A model generated the notes under the pieces. The model saw nothing but the letters and a program-made list of their open reading frames with translations. It did not search any database and was not told the origin of the DNA. A program made the translations under genes and the position numbers. From an uncultured Gammaproteobacteria bacterium (lineage in GTDB: Bacteria > Patescibacteriota > Patescibacteriia > UBA11705 > JABHMO01): DNA of 64,000 nt. The stretch covers positions 26,697-90,696 of the forward strand of contig CAZPYM010000002.1 in NCBI GenBank assembly GCA_964590105.1, given 5' to 3'. Below are positions 48,456-57,732 of the stretch, one piece after another (positions within the stretch are counted from its first letter, which is position 1; every line of letters begins with the position of its first letter).

Positions 48456-48689
48456 AATTTAAAATTAATAATTATTAAAGCAAAAATTTCTTACTTTTTG
48501 ACAATATAAATTATAGCACTTTATTACAAATCAGACAAAATCTTTCATTACCCGATTTGCGGCTGTCGCTGTTTGCCTCCGCTCAAGGATTGAGATCAAA
48601 TCAACGCTCCAACATTGGAGCGTTTTTAATGTCCTTTTTAAACAAAAAAAGGCCTTGAGTTTTCAAGGCTTTTTGCGAGTTTAATTTTC

Positions 48690-49007
48690 TCATCCATCAA
48701 CAATACCTACCTGATAGCCGGCAGCAATATTGACAAGCATATCAGCCTCGTGGCCAGTGAGCTTGCAAAAAACATGGGCCACTATTCGGCCGCGCAATAC
48801 TGCCAGGAACAACTTGGCAATGAATTCATTAAACTGATTCAGATTTTCAAAAACCAGCTCCTTGCCTTGACCAGGAAAAACCACTTGCAAGCGGATGGTT
48901 TTCCTGCCCGCAATCCGCCGCAAATGCGCCGAGAGCTTGCGCAGATCGGCCACGTCAGAGCAAACGATTTTCAGACTCAAAATTTCTTTGCCACCGCTAG
49001 GAGTCAT
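48690..49007 (-). CDS. hypothetical protein
   Basis: GAGGAGG SD; TTGACA-N17-TATTAT promoter; terminator aaggccttga...tcaaggcttt downstream. Confidence 0.65.
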   Translation of the reverse strand: MTPSGGKEILSLKIVCSDVADLRKLSAHLRRIAGRKTIRLQVVFPGQGKELVFENLNQFNEFIAKLFLAVLRGRIVAHVFCKLTGHEADMLVNIAAGYQVGIVDG

Positions 49008-49442
49008 TTCATCCTCCTCTTTGTTAAACTGCCCTCAACTCATAATAATCTTTTTGCTTTTTTGTGTCAACACTGACGCTCGCGAAAAACGAAAAAACTC
49101 TTAAATAATTGGGTCTTAAACTTAGAATTACTCATACTCCAGCTTTTACTTTTGTAACCAAAAGTAACAAAAGTTTTGGGGGTAATTGATTCGCGTCAGA
49201 GCAACATTTTCGTGGTTATCCCTCCGCCTCGCCACATTATCAGAATTGATTTTACTTGTAGCGTTAATGTTGCTTCGTACGATAGCCGCGGCCACTGGCT
49301 CAACAATTACCCCCAAACCCCCACCGGTTAAATATGTCTTTCTCATTAAAAGTCTACGGCAATCAGTTAGTAAATTTAAAAAAATCCAACAAAAAAACAG
49401 AGCTGCGCAAACTCTGTTTTTTTATATATTCAGTAGTCTAAA

Positions 49443-49703
49443 TTAATCTCTAGGGGCCATTGGACGAGCTTCGTTTACAACGATTGCTCTACCATTGAAA
49501 TCCTGGCCATTGAACATCTCAACAGCGGCTTTTGCTTCTTCGTCAGTATCATATTCAACAAAGCCAAAACCCTTTGAACGTCCTGTTGCTCTATCAGTAA
49601 TGATATTAGCTGACACAACGTTGCCTGCTTGAGAAAAAGTTTGCTTCAACTCATCTTCTGTAGTGTTGTAAGGCAAACTTCCAATAAATAACTTTTTTCC
49701 CAT
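49443..49703 (-). CDS. RRM (RNP-1) RNA-binding protein
   Basis: LFIGSL (RNP2), KGFGFVEY (RNP1), VNEARP. Confidence 0.95.
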   Translation of the reverse strand: MGKKLFIGSLPYNTTEDELKQTFSQAGNVVSANIITDRATGRSKGFGFVEYDTDEEAKAAVEMFNGQDFNGRAIVVNEARPMAPRD

Positions 49704-49917
49704 AGTTCTTGATTGCGTTTAATTTTTTAATGGGCTTGTAAGAAGCGACCTTTCCCAAAACAGAAAACATTTTCTCAAATCGCTGATTGCGCAAATCATC
49801 ACTTTTTGGAAAAATTTTACAAAAACTTAACAACTAACTTACAAACGCTTGATTGCAGTATAGCATGCCTGGCAATTTCTGTCAATAGCAGCCATTTTTA
49901 GCACTTTTATACAAAAT

Positions 49918-50589
49918 TTAAGGTTGTTCTACCGGCTCACCCGCATCAACTGCCGCGTAAAACTTCGTGTTATCGGACAAAAACACTATTTTCGATCCTC
50001 CTTCTTTGATTTCAATAGTAATGCTGGCCGCATCCTTTTGAATAATTTTTCCCTGCAAATTTGCGCGCGAAGCCGCCGTTCCTCCAACGCGCCCTTTTGC
50101 CTGTCCGGCCTGATCAGCTGTCCCTTGCTGTTGCCAAGTCCGACCATTAGCACCTCGCTGCTGTTGAAATTGCGCTCTTTGCTCGGGCGTAAGATTTTGG
50201 AAATTTGCGGGGTTATCCGGTTTTGGCGCGCTACTGTCGCTATTTTTTTGAATGTCAGTCGGCTGATTATCGGTGGAATCCACCCCTGCGCTTTGCGGTT
50301 TAGGCATTAAATCTTGCAACTTGAAATCTTCCGGCGCTACGATAATGCTATCTGCAATGATAAAATTATCAGAAGTTTTTCCCATAACAAAAACATTTAC
50401 CTGTAATTCAATTTGCGATAAATCAATTTCCTTAAACTTCTCATTATTAGTAAAAGGGTCAAAAACAGCCGCCAGTTTATCCGCATTTTGATTATTGTTT
50501 CCATTGGCTTGAACTTCTGCCGGCTGCTTGCCGGCGCAACCTGAAAGAGCAAGGAGCAGAGTAAAAATAACAACTGTTTTTTTGATCAT
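49918..50589 (-). CDS. lipoprotein with Gln/Gly-rich region (DUF5666-like)
   Basis: LSGC lipobox; GKIIQKD..SITI...GGSKIVF. Confidence 0.75.
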   Translation of the reverse strand: MIKKTVVIFTLLLALSGCAGKQPAEVQANGNNNQNADKLAAVFDPFTNNEKFKEIDLSQIELQVNVFVMGKTSDNFIIADSIIVAPEDFKLQDLMPKPQSAGVDSTDNQPTDIQKNSDSSAPKPDNPANFQNLTPEQRAQFQQQRGANGRTWQQQGTADQAGQAKGRVGGTAASRANLQGKIIQKDAASITIEIKEGGSKIVFLSDNTKFYAAVDAGEPVEQP

Positions 50590-50619
50590 ATAAATACTTA
50601 AGCTAGTTCTAAAATAAAT

Positions 50620-51846
50620 TTATTCATAACGCAGAGCTTCAATTGGATTCATCCTAGCTGCACGCCTGGCCGGATAATAGCCGAAAACAATTCCAATGGC
50701 CGCTGACACACCGAAAGCGAGCAAAACCGAGCTGATTGAGATCGACGTTGCCGTACCACTGAATTTTGTAACCAACCAAGAAGCCCCACAACCAACGATC
50801 ACGCCAATAATTCCACCAATAAAAGTCAAGGCAACCGCTTCTACAAGAAATTGAGAACTAATATTCCTGTTTTTTGCTCCGAGCGATTTTCGCAAACCAA
50901 TCTCACGGGTGCGTTCAGTAACCGTAGTCAACATCATATTCATAATACCAATCCCGCCGACCAAAAGAGAAATCCCGGCAATCGCCCCCAAAAGCAAAGT
51001 TAAAGTATCCGTAACAGAAGTCATAGTATTCATGATATCAGCCTGATTCATAATGCTAAAATCCGGACTTAGCGGGTCGGCTATTTTATGTCTTGTAAGC
51101 AATAAATTGGTAATTTCTTGCTGAACTTCATTCATCGCTTCCGCACTTTTTACTTGAACACTAATATTACTGACCGCCTGATTGCCGGTAAAATATTGCT
51201 GGGCAGTGGTAATCGGCACATAAACCAAATCATCTGAACTGCCAAAGCCAGTGCCGCCTTTGCTGGCGGTAATTCCAATGATCGTGAACTCTAAATTTTC
51301 TATTTTAATTTTTTGTCCCACCGGATTTGAATTCTCACCGAACAAGTCATCTCTGACCGTAGGCCCAATCACGGCGACTTTTGAAATTTTTTCTATCTGC
51401 TGATTCACCAGGAAAGCTCCGCTTTCCATTTCAATATTCTTAACAAGACCATAAAACGAATCAACGCCATAAATGCTGGTATTGGTATTTGTTCCTTGCT
51501 TGGTTTTTATTTGTTTTCTGGAACTAACGGTCGGCGCGACATATTCGATTTGATCAGATTGCAATTTTATTGCCTCAGAATCTTCAGAAGTCAGCGTTGT
51601 TGCCGAACCCGAACCACCTCTAACCACAGAACCAACATTTTTTTGCGAACCCGGCGAGACAACCAACAGGTTTGAACCAAGCTCTTGAATATTTGTCTCA
51701 ATGCCCTTGGCCGCTCCCTGTCCAATTGAAATCATGGCAATCACCGAACCAATACCAATGACAATACCAAGTATAGTCAAAATCGATCTAGCCCGATTAG
51801 CGGAAATAGCTAAATAAGTTTCCTGCAGTAGATCAGAAACCAGCAT
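50620..51846 (-). CDS. MacB/FtsX-type ABC permease
   Basis: RSILTILGIVIG, VGGIGIMNMML..VTERTREIGLRKSLGA, PIEALRYE. Confidence 0.95.
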   Translation of the reverse strand: MLVSDLLQETYLAISANRARSILTILGIVIGIGSVIAMISIGQGAAKGIETNIQELGSNLLVVSPGSQKNVGSVVRGGSGSATTLTSEDSEAIKLQSDQIEYVAPTVSSRKQIKTKQGTNTNTSIYGVDSFYGLVKNIEMESGAFLVNQQIEKISKVAVIGPTVRDDLFGENSNPVGQKIKIENLEFTIIGITASKGGTGFGSSDDLVYVPITTAQQYFTGNQAVSNISVQVKSAEAMNEVQQEITNLLLTRHKIADPLSPDFSIMNQADIMNTMTSVTDTLTLLLGAIAGISLLVGGIGIMNMMLTTVTERTREIGLRKSLGAKNRNISSQFLVEAVALTFIGGIIGVIVGCGASWLVTKFSGTATSISISSVLLAFGVSAAIGIVFGYYPARRAARMNPIEALRYE

Positions 51847-51851
51847 ATTTT

Positions 51852-52553
51852 TTATTTAATTTTTAAAATCGCTCCACTAATATCGGAAACAATTTTACCG
51901 TCTTTTATTTCTATCATTCGGTCAGCATGCTCGGCAACATATTTTTCATGCGTAATAATAATTATTGTATGCCCTTTTTCTCGATTCAACTTCTTAAATG
52001 TTTCCAGCACAATATCGCCGGTCTTTGAATCAAGGTTGCCGGTAGGTTCATCAGCCAAAATCAAATCAGGATCATTAATCAAAGCTCGGGCAATAGCCAC
52101 TCTCTGCATCTGTCCGCCGGAAAGTTGATTTGATAGATTATGCCATCGACTTTCTTCGAGACCCGCAGAAATTAGAGCAGCTTTCGCTTTTTCATAACGA
52201 GCTGCTCTCGGAGTCTTATTGTCATACAACAAAGGCAAAAGCACATTTCTAAGGACAGTGGCTCTCGATAAAAGATTAAACGACTGAAAAACAAATCCAA
52301 TCTTTTGCGATCTTATTTCAGCCGACTCATCATCCGTTAATTGAAGTACATTCTGATCATTTAAATAATAACTTCCACTGGTCGGCCGGTCGAGCAGTCC
52401 CAAAATATGCATTAGGGTGGATTTACCCGAGCCTGATGGACCAATAATCGCCACAAATTCTCCCTTTTTAATTTCAAAACTAACATTGTCCAGCACTTTT
52501 ACTGATGTTTCGCCAGTTTTATAAATTTTTTCAACATTTTCGCATTTAATCAT
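51852..52553 (-). CDS. ABC transporter ATPase (MacB/LolD-like)
   Basis: GPSGSGKST, LSGGQMQR, LADEPTGNLD. Confidence 0.97.
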   Translation of the reverse strand: MIKCENVEKIYKTGETSVKVLDNVSFEIKKGEFVAIIGPSGSGKSTLMHILGLLDRPTSGSYYLNDQNVLQLTDDESAEIRSQKIGFVFQSFNLLSRATVLRNVLLPLLYDNKTPRAARYEKAKAALISAGLEESRWHNLSNQLSGGQMQRVAIARALINDPDLILADEPTGNLDSKTGDIVLETFKKLNREKGHTIIIITHEKYVAEHADRMIEIKDGKIVSDISGAILKIK

Positions 52554-52629
52554 AAAATAATTTCATTGCGTTATTCCCATTATGCTACGCTCGGATAAAT
52601 TTCTATATTACAAACACAAACAATGCTAA

Positions 52630-54504
52630 TCACTGCATTATCCTCATCATGCCGCCCATAGAGCCACCCCCGCCTTGCGGCTGAGCGGCGCTGCTGGTTG
52701 CAGTACTACTAGAAATTGTTTGAGTAATAATCTGGGCGCCTTCTTCTATTCCTTCAGTGATTTCTATCATAGTATCATTGCTTTCGCCTGTTACCACGGT
52801 TTGTTTCTGTGGCTGATTATTCACCAAGATTTCAACATAACTGGTTGCTCCTTGAGCTTTTACCGCGCTGAACGGAACCATGAGAACATTCGGCTTAGCG
52901 TCCGTGACAATGGAAACACTGACGCTCATTCCCGGTTTTATTCTGTCATCCTGAACATCAAAAGCGATTTTCACGCCATAGCTGACCACTCCTTGCGAAA
53001 CAGTCCCGAGAGTATCTATTTCCGCAACTTCTCCGGTGATGGTTAAATCTGAAATTGCGTCAAATTCAATATTGGCCTTTTGTCCTGATTTAACCTGAGC
53101 AGCGTCATTTTCATTCAACGTAAGCTGGGCAATTTTTTGGTTTGTAATCAACGTTCCGACAGTGGTGGAAGAGCTGACTGAATCTCCTTTGGCAATATTA
53201 AATGAAGCCAAGACGCCGTCAAACGGCGCTCGCACTGAATAATCCGCCAATTTTTGCTTTGTATCATTTAAAGAGTTTTCTTTTTGCTGAATGGCTAATT
53301 TTTTATTTCTGATTGAAAGTTCATCCGCGCCCGCTTTTGTTTTTACTAGTTTTTCTTCCAACTCCTGCAAACTTCTTTGCTTTTGCGCTATTTCAACCGG
53401 ATCATTGATTGCCGCCTTGGCCAAGTTATCATCAGCGTCAATAATTGTCTGCTTATCTTGGCTTATTGTTTTTTGAATAGCTAACAAGGTGCTCAAATGA
53501 GAATTGATCTGGCCCAGAAACGAACTGAGGCTAGATTGATCTTTGGTCACCTGGCTGAATACCTGCAAGCCATACCCATTTCGGTATTCAACCCAAGCGT
53601 CGAGCAAGTTAATTTCATTTTTTGTAGTCCCTGATACGTTTTTTGCTGTTTCAATTGTTTCGTCCAAAAGAGTTTCAATAACTTCCGTGTCAGAATAAAG
53701 GTTGGCGCTCTTGTAATTGCTACTATTGGCATCGTAAGCTGTCTTGGCCGTCGCATAACTGGCTTCAGCCGAATTAAGAAAGGTGTTTTCAAAAGCAGCG
53801 CGCTCTGATGAATGCGTCGGCAAAAAAGAATTGCCCAGGGAATCCACGTTTATCGTATTATTAAACTGTGCGTTGCCACTGCTCAAGGTTTTGCTGTACA
53901 AAACACTATTAAGTTCAGTCATAATATCCGGCAAATCCAAAAACGCATTGGCTATTTTATTATATGCGTCATTATATGCAGTTGCGAAATCTTCTTCCGC
54001 CGTTTGTTTCTTCTGCTGAAGCGCTTGAACAGCACTTTCCTGATCTTGTCCCAGCTTGGTCAAAGATTCTTTCGCGCTGGTTATTGAATTCTCTGCCTGC
54101 AACAACGTATAAGAATCCACCGGCGCCAATAACTGTTCCAAGTCTAATTTCGCCGTTTCAAGACTGGTTTCCGCGTCCTTTACTGTTTGATAAGCGCTCC
54201 GGCTGTCTATTTGAGCGAGGAGCGCGCCCATTTTTACTTGCTGGCCGGTTTTGGCGTTAATATAAGTAACATCGCCGGAAGCTTTAGGTTTTATGTCGAC
54301 TTGATTTGACGCCAGTACCTGGCCACTACCAGAAATTGAAACAATTAAAGGCCCTTTAACAGCCGCCGCCGTAATATATCTTGGCGCTGTATCACTTGGA
54401 GTCAATTTCTGATACCCAAAATATCCGCCGACAATAATCAATGCCAGGCATATTACTGTTATTAACTTTTTCCGAAGGATTAACTGAAAAAATTTAGTAA
54501 ACAT
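52630..54504 (-). CDS. MacA/HlyD-like adaptor subunit with long coiled coil
   Basis: N-terminal TM, lipoyl halves, VRAPFDG, IKPGMS. Confidence 0.88.
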   Translation of the reverse strand: MFTKFFQLILRKKLITVICLALIIVGGYFGYQKLTPSDTAPRYITAAAVKGPLIVSISGSGQVLASNQVDIKPKASGDVTYINAKTGQQVKMGALLAQIDSRSAYQTVKDAETSLETAKLDLEQLLAPVDSYTLLQAENSITSAKESLTKLGQDQESAVQALQQKKQTAEEDFATAYNDAYNKIANAFLDLPDIMTELNSVLYSKTLSSGNAQFNNTINVDSLGNSFLPTHSSERAAFENTFLNSAEASYATAKTAYDANSSNYKSANLYSDTEVIETLLDETIETAKNVSGTTKNEINLLDAWVEYRNGYGLQVFSQVTKDQSSLSSFLGQINSHLSTLLAIQKTISQDKQTIIDADDNLAKAAINDPVEIAQKQRSLQELEEKLVKTKAGADELSIRNKKLAIQQKENSLNDTKQKLADYSVRAPFDGVLASFNIAKGDSVSSSTTVGTLITNQKIAQLTLNENDAAQVKSGQKANIEFDAISDLTITGEVAEIDTLGTVSQGVVSYGVKIAFDVQDDRIKPGMSVSVSIVTDAKPNVLMVPFSAVKAQGATSYVEILVNNQPQKQTVVTGESNDTMIEITEGIEEGAQIITQTISSSTATSSAAQPQGGGGSMGGMMRIMQ

Positions 54505-54507
54505 AAA

Positions 54508-55101
54508 TTATTTTATGAATGAAAATCGAGAACCTTTTGGCGGCTTTGGCAAACTCTCTGCCTCTCCGTTGAAAACGCGGATGAGCTTGGCTTCAATCTG
54601 ACCGGCTTCATTTGGAGACCCGATGATGACAACAGCATCGCCTGTTTTTAAATTATTTTCCACAGTTTTCATTCCTGTTTTAATTATTGTGTCTTGGGTA
54701 ATTATAACTATTTTTTCCATATCGCCCCGTCCTTTAATCACAAAACCGTTTTCTTGAAGTTCAATAATCTCTCCAAAGGCACCATGCCCTTCAATAAAAT
54801 CTCCAGGCAGTGGTGGCGCGCCCCGCCAATCTTCCAAAAATCCGCCTTCTGGTCCGGCAAAATTTTTATGATAATTCTCCGCCCAACGATAAGAATATCT
54901 TGCCTTCATACCACCGACCATCATACCGGCGCCGAATATCAAGATGAAAACAGCAAAACCGGCCAAACCGACGATAACCCATTTTAAAATTATACGCAAT
55001 GAACACTCTCTTAGAGTAGCGCAATCAACTCCCTTTAATTTTTTATCCTCTTTACAAGAAGCTGGATTTTCTTCTTTGTTAATTTGTTTTTCTTTGTCCA
55101 T
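54508..55101 (-). CDS. membrane-anchored DUF5666-like protein
   Basis: TM, WAENYHKNF, GEII...LKTGDAVVIIG...IEAKLIRV. Confidence 0.7.
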   Translation of the reverse strand: MDKEKQINKEENPASCKEDKKLKGVDCATLRECSLRIILKWVIVGLAGFAVFILIFGAGMMVGGMKARYSYRWAENYHKNFAGPEGGFLEDWRGAPPLPGDFIEGHGAFGEIIELQENGFVIKGRGDMEKIVIITQDTIIKTGMKTVENNLKTGDAVVIIGSPNEAGQIEAKLIRVFNGEAESLPKPPKGSRFSFIK

Positions 55102-55116
55102 AAAATTTTATTGTTA

Positions 55117-55536
55117 TTAAGCAAAACTTTGTTTTAGGTATCCAAATAGCAATTTTTTCCGATATAAAAATAAACGAAGCGTAAAAATGGCCACTGCCAA
55201 ACTGAAAAAGAAAATTACTATGCTTGCGATCGGCAACGACTCCAATATGGCCAGACAAAAGTCTTGCCAAATGGCAAAAAATGTATCCAGATCGCCCACC
55301 GCTGCTGAAAAGAAATAAGAGACGCCCGAGCTTTCCATTTGTTCCGCCAGGATTGCGCCGGAAATTGGCGTAGCAATCAAAGAAACCAATAATAAAACCA
55401 AGAAACCAAATAACAATCGCCTGGTTTGCCGACGCTCCCGCTCTTTATTGATGGCAATAATAATCCTATCAAAAAGACCCCGGGACGGTTCCGCGGACTT
55501 AAGATCAGTAAATGGTTTTTCTAAATTTTGACGCAT
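55117..55536 (-). CDS. putative membrane anti-sigma factor
   Basis: Directly after the ECF sigma; EPSRGLFDRII N-terminus plus TM segments. Confidence 0.65.
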   Translation of the reverse strand: MRQNLEKPFTDLKSAEPSRGLFDRIIIAINKERERRQTRRLLFGFLVLLLVSLIATPISGAILAEQMESSGVSYFFSAAVGDLDTFFAIWQDFCLAILESLPIASIVIFFFSLAVAIFTLRLFLYRKKLLFGYLKQSFA

Positions 55537-55550
55537 ACTCTATATGTTAA

Positions 55551-55577
55551 TACGAACAAAGGACGCATTTTGGTGCA
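55551..55577 (-). promoter_or_regulatory. candidate ECF-type promoter
   Basis: TGCACC-N17-CGTA, similar to the SigW-type TGAAAC...CGTA, at the sigma/anti-sigma junction. Confidence 0.5.
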
Positions 55578-55611
55578 TCCCTTTATTCTATTTATCTAAT
55601 TTTATTATTAT

Positions 55612-56175
55612 TTACGACTCAGGCAAAAGATGTTTAAGTTTAATCAAAGCTCGCCGATGACGACTTTTTATCGTGTGAAGCGGCTCGCCAAGCGACTCGG
55701 AAATTTCTTTGAAGCTGAGGTCACCGTCGTATCGAGAGGATAAAACCATTCGGTATTTCAATGTTAATTGATTTATTGCCGCGTTAATAGTTTCAGTAAT
55801 GTCAGACCGTTCAAGAACTTCATTTGCCAATGGAGCCGGATCAGAGAGCGTTTCAATAAGTTGATTTTCCCCTTCTTCATTTTCAAAGGCAGTAAAAGGA
55901 ATTGTCTTTCTCTTTCTCAATAAGTCAATGCAGGTATTTTTGGCAATGGAAAAAATCCAGGTTTTAAAACTTTTTCTTTGATCAAATCTTTTTAGCTTGC
56001 TCCATACCTTTATAAAAACTTCTTGGGTAACATCTTCCGCGTTCTGCTCATTACCTACATATTTATAAACAAAACCGTAAATCGGCTTTAAATAGCTTCT
56101 AATTAAAATTTCGAGCGACTCTTCGTCGCCGGCAAGATAATCCGCAACCAATTGACTATCAATCAGGCGATTCAT
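55612..56175 (-). CDS. ECF sigma-70 factor
   Basis: AEDVTQEVFIK, FKTWIFSIAKNTCIDLLR, LSFKEI...TIKSRHRRA. Confidence 0.95.
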   Translation of the reverse strand: MNRLIDSQLVADYLAGDEESLEILIRSYLKPIYGFVYKYVGNEQNAEDVTQEVFIKVWSKLKRFDQRKSFKTWIFSIAKNTCIDLLRKRKTIPFTAFENEEGENQLIETLSDPAPLANEVLERSDITETINAAINQLTLKYRMVLSSRYDGDLSFKEISESLGEPLHTIKSRHRRALIKLKHLLPES

Positions 56176-56235
56176 ATATTTTTAGATTAGCACTTTTCGG
56201 AAAAACTATCAATCTCTAACAGCTAAACATCAAAA

Positions 56236-57072
56236 TTATTTTACCAGCATTATATGCTCTTGGGGAACATCTTCGGGAATTAAAATTTCAGGCTGTTGAA
56301 TTCTCCAAGGAAAGCTATCTGGCGCACCCTTAATTGGACAAAACTCACTTGTGCCAGACGGTTCCCCATCTCTATAATTATCAGCATCTTTGATACTCTC
56401 TCCATCTTCTGCCCATTCTGGTCTTTTATACCAAATTAAAAAATCCTCAAGGGTAACTAAATTTTTCCAATATTCTTCGGCCTGTTGTTGCGCGGCCTCG
56501 TTTTCTGTCCAACCCCGACGCATATCCTCCATAATTCGAGTAATATATTCCAAATCTCCAACATAGGCTTTTTTAGGATCTACTTTTAATTCAATGACCT
56601 CCCCCGGATACTGTGATTTTAGGTATTGCGGGTCAGTCATTTTTGTAACATACGCTTCCGGTGAGTCCACGCCCAATTTTCTCAAAAAATCCGGGCTATA
56701 CTTTTGCATAGTTTCGAACCCATCTCGCAAAAATCTTTCTTCCCTCTTGATAAACCTTTGATCAGCGCCAACTAAACCGTGTCCGTATTCTAAAAATGGG
56801 TAACCATAAAGATTATTTCTACTGATGCCTTTGGCTTTTAATTCCTCCGGCCGAAAACTGTCAATTATCGCATTTCGCCTTACCATTGATTCTGCTCCGC
56901 CAATATTTTTTGTTTCGATATTCGTTTTTAGCCCGCCCTGATCAATAGCCGGCAACAACTCTTCCTTGGTCTCATGGAAAACACTAACAAAATTTGGCGG
57001 GGCAATAATTTCTTGCCTTTCTAAAATACTTTCCCGCTTTTTAGTTTCAAAAGATTGTTCTTGATTCTTCAT
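56236..57072 (-). CDS. hypothetical protein, possible ADP-ribosyltransferase fold
   Basis: 278-aa ORF; VFHET...AIDQGGL near the N-terminus and QPEILIP..VP..HI at the C-terminus. Confidence 0.6.
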   Translation of the reverse strand: MKNQEQSFETKKRESILERQEIIAPPNFVSVFHETKEELLPAIDQGGLKTNIETKNIGGAESMVRRNAIIDSFRPEELKAKGISRNNLYGYPFLEYGHGLVGADQRFIKREERFLRDGFETMQKYSPDFLRKLGVDSPEAYVTKMTDPQYLKSQYPGEVIELKVDPKKAYVGDLEYITRIMEDMRRGWTENEAAQQQAEEYWKNLVTLEDFLIWYKRPEWAEDGESIKDADNYRDGEPSGTSEFCPIKGAPDSFPWRIQQPEILIPEDVPQEHIMLVK

Positions 57073-57206
57073 AAATTTATTTCAATTCAGAAAAAATCTC
57101 GCTTCTGAACTTTCTGAATTGAAAGCTATTTGAAATTTTCTTAAAAACGGCCAGCGGGCTTGCCCGCCGTAGCAGAGAAACAATCGTTAGCAATGTAAAT
57201 ATGTTT

Positions 57207-57296
57207 TGGCGGAGAGGGAGGGATTCGAACCCTCGACGCCCTTGCGGACGTAACGGTTTTCGAGACCGTCCCATTCAACCACTCTGGCACCTCTCC
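57207..57296 (-). tRNA. tRNA-Ser(CGA)
   Basis: GGAGAGG acceptor, ACGGT-CT-CGA-AA-ACCGT anticodon arm, long variable arm, GGTTCGAATCC, encoded CCA. Confidence 0.97.
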
Positions 57297-57353
57297 GTAA
57301 ATAATCACAAGCTATTATATCATCTCTGTTTATACGACAGGCAAAAATTACCC

Positions 57354-57626
57354 CTAACTTCTTTTGTTTCTTCTTTCCTGGATATATCTTTCAAGTAAAT
57401 ATCCCCGCCTTTCTCTTCCTTTTCCAGTTTTTAGAAACTTCTCTTCTCTCAATGCGTCTTCCTTGTAAGTAAACGCCCCATAATATACCAATTCCCACGG
57501 AATTCCTCTTGCAGTAAATGGTACTAGCCCACGATTATGCTGCTTCAACCGTGAGCTAATATCTTGAGAATAACCAGTATAAAATTTTCCCAATTTTTCA
57601 CTGAATAACATATAAACAAAATACAT
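57354..57626 (-). CDS. stand-alone GIY-YIG nuclease
   Basis: FVYML...FYTGYS....RLKQHN.G...T....PWELVYY......A..EEKFLKTGKGR. Confidence 0.92.
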   Translation of the reverse strand: MYFVYMLFSEKLGKFYTGYSQDISSRLKQHNRGLVPFTARGIPWELVYYGAFTYKEDALREEKFLKTGKGRERRGYLLERYIQERRNKRS

Positions 57627-57630
57627 ATTT

Positions 57631-57727
57631 TACTCCGCTTTTCCCCGCCCAAGGCGGGTGCGCCTAGGGCGCAGAGAGCGGCCCATTCAACCCCTGCCCG
57701 CCTTTGGTGGAACTCTGGCACGCCTCC
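57631..57727 (-). pseudogene. 5' half of tRNA-Ser(GGA) with 19-nt and 30-nt insertions
   Basis: GGAGGCG-TG-CCAGAGT[19 nt]GGTTGAATGG-G-CCGCT-CT[30 nt]GGA-AA-AGCGG; no T-arm or 3' acceptor strand found nearby. Confidence 0.8.
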
Positions 57728-57732
57728 GTACA

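Noticed and set aside
57297-57727. Group I intron with homing endonuclease inside one tRNA
   Set aside because: The downstream tRNA is complete with different stems, no 3' exon matches the relic, and there is no room for a ribozyme core
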